This document shows, piece by piece, positions 56,578 to 61,210 of a DNA stretch of 61,210 bases. The position numbers were made by a program, and so were the translations under genes. Source of the DNA: Verrucomicrobiota bacterium. GTDB taxonomy: Bacteria; Verrucomicrobiota; Verrucomicrobiia; Limisphaerales; UBA9464. A model generated the notes under the pieces. The model had not been told where the DNA came from. It was given only the letters and a program-made list of their open reading frames with translations, and ran no database searches. Within the stretch, counting starts at the first letter, position 1. Every line of letters begins with the position of its first letter. The DNA lies in contig CANGMH010000001.1 in NCBI GenBank assembly GCA_947454005.1, forward strand, positions 1 through 61,210, written 5' to 3'.

Positions 56578-58065
56578 ATGAAGATCTCCACCGTCGTCGT
56601 CCTCGGAGCCGGGAGCGCCGGGTTGATGGCCGCGCTCACGCTGAAGCGGAGGCTGCCGCGTCTGGCAATCCGCGTCGTCCGGAGCCCGGACATCGGAATC
56701 ATCGCGGTCGGCGAAGGCACCACGTCGGTCTTCCCGCGCCACTTCTTCGAGCATCTCAAGGTCAAGCCGCAGGCCTTCTATGCCGAGGCGAACCCGACGT
56801 GGAAGCTCGGCATCCGCTTCGCTTGGGGCGCGAAGCGCGACTTCTACTACACGTTCGCCTACGAGTTCGAGAAGCGGCAGCCGGAGCTCTCCCGCAACAA
56901 CGGCTTCTACCACGACCCGGCACAGCCGTGGCTCGGCGACGCCTCCGCCTTCATGGCGCACGACAAGGTCTTCCCGCGCCGGCCGGACGGTTTCCCGCGC
57001 CTGCACAACAACCACGCGTTCCATCTCGAGAACGTCACCTTCGTCGGATGGCTGGAGAACCGATGCCGCGAGGCCGGCGTGGAGATCACCGACGCCACGG
57101 TCTCGGCCGAGCCGGGGCCCCTGGGCGTCGCCGCGCTCGTGGCGGACACCGGTGAGCGGATCGTCGGGGACCTGTACGTCGACGCCTCGGGGTTCCGCTC
57201 GGAGCTGCTCGGGCGGCTGCTCGCCGAACCCTTCCTCAGCTACGCCGACACCTTGTTCTGCGACCGCGCGGTCGTCGGCGGCTGGGCGCGCGGCGAGGGC
57301 GAGCGCATCAAGCCCTACACCATCGCCGAGACGATGGACGCCGGATGGTGCTGGCAGATCGACCACGAGAAGCGCGTCAACCGGGGCTACGTCTATTCCT
57401 CCGCCTTCCTCTCCGACGAAGCGGCGCTGGAGGAGTTCGCGCGCAAGAACCCGAGGATCGATCCGGCGCAGACCCGGGTCGTTAGGTTCCGGTCCGGCCG
57501 GTACCGCCGCAGCTGGGTGGGCAACGTCGTCGCCGTCGGCAATTCCGCCGGCTTCGTCGAGCCGCTCGAGGCCACGTCGCTCCAGGTCATCTGCGTCGAG
57601 ACGAGCACGCTCGCCGATTCGCTCGCGGACAGCCTGTGCGATCCTCCGCCCACGCTCGTCGCGCTGTTCAACCGCTTCAACGGCGAGCAGTGGGACGACA
57701 TCCGCGATTTCCTCGCCGTCCACTTCCGTTTCAACCAGCGCCTCGACACCCCGTTCTGGCGCCATTGCCGCGAGCATGTCGCGCTCCACGGCGCGGAGCC
57801 GGTCGTGGATTTCTACCGCGAGAACGGACCGAGCGTCGTCGCCGGCATCTCGCTGCTGAGCCCGTCGAACTCGTTCAAGATGGACGGCTACATCGCGCTG
57901 CTCACCGGCCAGGAGGTGCCCTACGCGAAGGTCCACCAGGCCACCGCCGCGGAGCAGGAACACATGAGCCGCCGTCGGGCCGAGCTCGCCGCCGAAGCCC
58001 GGCAAGGCATGTCGCCGGAGGAGGCGATGGCGGCGTTGCGACGTCCGGGATTGAGATGGGGCTGA
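56578..58065 (+). CDS. flavin-dependent halogenase family protein (tryptophan-halogenase-like)
   Basis: The real start is ATG 56578 (MKISTVVVLGAGSAGLMAAL, the GxGxxG motif). Other motifs seen: IAVGEGT, the conserved lysine context PTWKLGIRFAWG, a WxWxI motif as GWCWQIDH (the usual P is D), and GNSAGFVEPLEATSL. 495 aa. Confidence 0.8.
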   Translation: MKISTVVVLGAGSAGLMAALTLKRRLPRLAIRVVRSPDIGIIAVGEGTTSVFPRHFFEHLKVKPQAFYAEANPTWKLGIRFAWGAKRDFYYTFAYEFEKRQPELSRNNGFYHDPAQPWLGDASAFMAHDKVFPRRPDGFPRLHNNHAFHLENVTFVGWLENRCREAGVEITDATVSAEPGPLGVAALVADTGERIVGDLYVDASGFRSELLGRLLAEPFLSYADTLFCDRAVVGGWARGEGERIKPYTIAETMDAGWCWQIDHEKRVNRGYVYSSAFLSDEAALEEFARKNPRIDPAQTRVVRFRSGRYRRSWVGNVVAVGNSAGFVEPLEATSLQVICVETSTLADSLADSLCDPPPTLVALFNRFNGEQWDDIRDFLAVHFRFNQRLDTPFWRHCREHVALHGAEPVVDFYRENGPSVVAGISLLSPSNSFKMDGYIALLTGQEVPYAKVHQATAAEQEHMSRRRAELAAEARQGMSPEEAMAALRRPGLRWG

Positions 58066-59840
58066 TCCGGCACATGGCCTACGACGACGCCTACGGGACC
58101 CCGCGATCGTCCTTCGCGCGCGGCCTGCTCGCCGCGTCCGCGCTGCTCGGCGCGGTGTGCCTGGCGTGCGGTTGCGGACGTCCGTCCCGACCGGACGCCG
58201 CGGCCGGTCCCGCGCCGAAGCCGCCGGGTCCGCAGTGGTTCACCGACATCACCGAGGCGTCGGGCATCCGGTTCACGCATCGGACCGGGACCAACTACGA
58301 CATGCCCGACCAGGTGGGCTCGGGCATCGCGCTCCTCGATTTCGATCAGGACGGCCGGCTCGACGTGTACTGCGTCCAGGACGGCCGCGGCGGCGCGGGT
58401 GGTCGCAACCAGCTCTTCCACCAGGATGCCGACGGCAGGTTCCGCGACGTCTCCGCCGGTTCCGGCGCGGACCTCGCGGGACGCGGCATGGGAGCCATCG
58501 CCGGCGACATCGACAACGACGGCCTGCCCGATCTGGTCGTGACCGAGTACGGCGCCGTGCGCCTGCTGCACAACCTCGGGGGCGGCAAGTTCCGGGAGAT
58601 GGCCGCAGAAGCCGGCATCGACGACCCACGCTGGGCGGCGCCGGCCAGCTTCATCGACTTCGACCGCGACGGATGGCTCGACCTCGTCGTGGGCAACTAC
58701 GTCGACCACGACCCCACGCAGGTCTGCCACGACGCGCAGGGACGCCAAGATTTCTGCGCGCCCGCGGCGTTCGCGCCGACGGCGACGCGGATCTGGCGCA
58801 ACGTGACGGGCCGGCGCGGCGCGGCGCCGAAGTTCGAGGACCGCACCGAGGTGTCCGGCCTCACCCGCGCGCCCGGCGTGGCGCTCGGATTGGTGTGCGC
58901 CGATCTCGACGGCGACGGTTGGCCCGACATCTTCTGCGCCGACGACGGCCGCGCGAACCGGCTCTTCGTCAACCAACGCGACGGCACATTCCGAGAAGAG
59001 GCGGCCCTGCGCGGGCTCGCCTTCAACGCGATGGGGCGTCCCGCGGCGAACATGGGCACGGCCTTCGCGGATTGCGACGGCGACGGGCTCGGCGACCTCT
59101 TCGTCACCCATCTCACCGAGGAGTTCCACTCGCTTTTCCGGCAGGACCAACGCGGACTGTTCTCCGATTCGGTGGCGCGCAGCGGCCTGCAGGACGCCGG
59201 ATGGCGCGGCACGGGCTTCGGCACCGTCTTCGCCGATCTCGATGCCGATGGTTGGCCGGATCTCGCGCAGGTCAACGGTCTCGTCCGCCGCGCGACCCCG
59301 GGCCAGACGCCGGTCGGCGCCGGCGTCGACCCGTGGTGGGGCCGCTACGCGCAGCGGGCGCAGCTCTTCGCCAACGACGGCACCGGGCGCTTCCGCGACA
59401 TCTCGGCCGCGAACCCCGCGTTCTGCGGCGAGGCCCTGGTCGGACGCAGCTTGGCGGTGGGAGATCTCGACGGCGACGGCGCGCCGGACCTGGTGACCGG
59501 CAACCTGGGCGGTCCCGTGCGCGTCCACCGCAACGTCGTCCCGGCGCGCGGCCACTGGTTGAAGCTGCGGCTGGTCGATCCTGCCGCGGGCGGACGCGAC
59601 GCCATCGGCGCGGAAGCCGTCGTGGTCGCCGGAGAACGCCGCCATTGGGCGTTGCTGCAACCGGCCACCAGCTATCTGTCCAGCCATGAGCCGGCGCTCC
59701 ATATCGGTCTCGGCAAGGAACCCGGGTACGCGACGGTCGAGGTATCGTGGCCGGACGGGACAAAGGAGCGGTTCGCCGGCGGCACCGCCGACTCATCGGT
59801 GGTGTTGCGGAAGGGGACCGGCACGCGGGCGACGCCATGA
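58056..59840 (+). CDS. CRTAC1-family FG-GAP/VCBS-repeat lipoprotein with ASPIC/UnbV domain
   Basis: The start is ATG 58056, overlapping the halogenase stop by 10 nt, or ATG 58074. The signal is LLAASALLGAVCLACGCG. The repeats include LDFDQDGRLDVYCV, GDIDNDGLPDLVVT, IDFDRDGWLDLVVG, ADLDGDGWPDIFCA, ADCDGDGLGDLFVT, ADLDADGWPDLAQV and GDLDGDGAPDLVTG. The ASPIC/UnbV-like end is GRDAIGAEAVVVAG..SYLSSHEPALHIGLG. Confidence 0.8.
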   Translation: MGLIRHMAYDDAYGTPRSSFARGLLAASALLGAVCLACGCGRPSRPDAAAGPAPKPPGPQWFTDITEASGIRFTHRTGTNYDMPDQVGSGIALLDFDQDGRLDVYCVQDGRGGAGGRNQLFHQDADGRFRDVSAGSGADLAGRGMGAIAGDIDNDGLPDLVVTEYGAVRLLHNLGGGKFREMAAEAGIDDPRWAAPASFIDFDRDGWLDLVVGNYVDHDPTQVCHDAQGRQDFCAPAAFAPTATRIWRNVTGRRGAAPKFEDRTEVSGLTRAPGVALGLVCADLDGDGWPDIFCADDGRANRLFVNQRDGTFREEAALRGLAFNAMGRPAANMGTAFADCDGDGLGDLFVTHLTEEFHSLFRQDQRGLFSDSVARSGLQDAGWRGTGFGTVFADLDADGWPDLAQVNGLVRRATPGQTPVGAGVDPWWGRYAQRAQLFANDGTGRFRDISAANPAFCGEALVGRSLAVGDLDGDGAPDLVTGNLGGPVRVHRNVVPARGHWLKLRLVDPAAGGRDAIGAEAVVVAGERRHWALLQPATSYLSSHEPALHIGLGKEPGYATVEVSWPDGTKERFAGGTADSSVVLRKGTGTRATP

Positions 59841-61183
59841 CGTTCGATTCTCCGATATCGCCGCCGCTTCCATCGGCAGAGCGGACCGTCGCCACCTCGA
59901 GGCGGTCATGCCGCGGGATCTTCGCCATCGGGCTCGCGGCGGTCCTGGTCGGTTGTGGGCCGTCCACGCCGCCCCGGCCGGAGCCGCCGGCGATGCCGGC
60001 GGGCATGGCGAACGCGGAGCTGCTCCAGGTCATCGCGAAGGCGCGCGCCGAGGTCGTGGCGGCCCCGGTGTCCGGTCCGGCGTGGGGCAGGCTCGGGCAG
60101 GCGTTCGAGGCCGGGGAATTCCCGGCCGAGGCGCAGGCCTGCTACGCGCGGGCGTCCGCTCTCGACGCGGGTTCGGCGCGATGGCCGCATCTGCTCGGCC
60201 TGCTCCAGCTGCAAGATTCGCCGGCAGCGGCGCTGACCAATCTGGCCCGCGCGGCGGACCTGGCCGCGCCGACGAACGACGCGCCACGGCTGCGGCTGGC
60301 GCAGGCCTTGGTCGAGCGCGGACGCCACCCTGAGGCGAAGGAGTGGCTCGCGCCGATCCTGGCCGCGCGTCCGGGGCATCCTGCGGCGCGGATGGAATCG
60401 GCCCGCATCCACCTCGCGGAGAACCGGCCCGCCGTGGCGGCCGAACTCCTGGCGCCGTGCCTGACGAACCCCTACACCGCGCGGCCGGCCGTGCTCCTGC
60501 TCAGCCAGGCACGCGCCCGGACAGGGGACGCCACGGCCGGCGCGGCGCTGGCGAAGCGCGGTGCCGCGATGCCGCGTCCCTTCGATTGGCCGGATCCGTT
60601 CCTGCGCGAGGTGCAGGACCTGAAGCAGGACCGCGCCCGTTCGGTGGAGCGGGCGAACCAGCAGCTGATCCAGCGCCGTTTCACCGAGGCCGCGACCACC
60701 TTGGCCGAGCTCCTCGCCCGGTTCCCGGACGATCCGGAAGGGCTGCTGGTGCTGGGTCGGTTGCACCTCCAGCAGAACCGGTGCGCCGAGGCGGAGACCG
60801 CGTTCCGCAACCATCTCGCCGCCCGTCCGGATTCGTTGAACGGCCTGGTCCAGCTCGGCCTGTCGCTGATGTGCCAGTCGCGCTGGTCCGACGCGGACGG
60901 GATCTTCTCGAAGGCCGTGGGCCTGAAGCCCGATTTCGCGCAGGCCCATTTCAACCTCGGGCTCGCGCGGTCGCGCGGCGGCGACGCGGCCGGAGCCATC
61001 GCGAGCCTGCGCACGGCGATCCGGTGCAGCCCGGGCGACGCCGACGCGCACGCGCTGCTGGCCGAGGAGTTGTCGCGCGCCGGCGCCCGGGAAGAGGCCG
61101 CGGCGCATATCGACAGAGCGCTGGCGCTGGAACCCGGCAACCCTCGGGCCAAGGCGCTGCGAGACCGCTCGCGCGGCCGCTGA
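59837..61183 (+). CDS. TPR-repeat lipoprotein
   Basis: The real start is ATG 59837, forming an ATGA overlap with the upstream stop. The lipobox is IGLAAVLVGCGPS. Multiple TPR-like units are present (GRLGQAFEAGEFPAEAQACYARASALD ... AHFNLGLARSRGGDAAGAIASLRTAIRCSP ... ). Confidence 0.8.
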   Translation: MTFDSPISPPLPSAERTVATSRRSCRGIFAIGLAAVLVGCGPSTPPRPEPPAMPAGMANAELLQVIAKARAEVVAAPVSGPAWGRLGQAFEAGEFPAEAQACYARASALDAGSARWPHLLGLLQLQDSPAAALTNLARAADLAAPTNDAPRLRLAQALVERGRHPEAKEWLAPILAARPGHPAARMESARIHLAENRPAVAAELLAPCLTNPYTARPAVLLLSQARARTGDATAGAALAKRGAAMPRPFDWPDPFLREVQDLKQDRARSVERANQQLIQRRFTEAATTLAELLARFPDDPEGLLVLGRLHLQQNRCAEAETAFRNHLAARPDSLNGLVQLGLSLMCQSRWSDADGIFSKAVGLKPDFAQAHFNLGLARSRGGDAAGAIASLRTAIRCSPGDADAHALLAEELSRAGAREEAAAHIDRALALEPGNPRAKALRDRSRGR

Positions 61184-61210
61184 AGGTCGTCGCCGATGAA
61201 AAAGCCCTTC

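Overview
This is a 61.2-kb, very GC-rich chromosomal segment, roughly 68-70% GC by eye, with a few clearly lower-GC islands. The gene content points to the PVC superphylum, most likely Verrucomicrobiota (Opitutales-like). The markers are prepilin-type [19 protein letters not shown] proteins (one with an H-X9-DG motif), a PEP-CTERM protein, a PVC-type heme-binding CxxCH giant protein, CRTAC1/ASPIC-UnbV FG-GAP proteins, and TAT-signal Gfo/Idh/MocA oxidoreductases. I support about 48 protein-coding genes. Core genes are dctA, a Dus-family gene, a uvrD-like helicase, trpD, rsgA, guaA, rpsA and trpE. They are interleaved with accessory material: a truncated ISAs1-type transposase at the left edge; a translationally coupled STAS-GT4-GT9-GT4-O-antigen-ligase-like glycan operon; an acyltransferase plus two methyltransferases; a low-GC type II restriction-modification pair; an orphan ABC ATPase next to a gene fragment; a four-gene cluster of unknown function (FmdB zinc ribbon, secreted protein, 11-repeat FG-GAP protein, polytopic membrane protein); a low-GC PEP-CTERM gene preceded by a nested inverted-repeat element; and a flavin-halogenase-like gene overlapping a CRTAC1 lipoprotein gene and a TPR lipoprotein gene. 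I saw no rRNA, tRNA or CRISPR array. Many very long ORFs in the track are antisense or off-frame shadows typical of high-GC DNA and were rejected. All functional calls rest on motif recognition by eye and on memory of protein families, because no searches were run. Start codons are often uncertain: the ORF track reports the longest ORF and shows GTG/TTG starts as M. Where I moved a start, I checked the coordinate in the nucleotide sequence.
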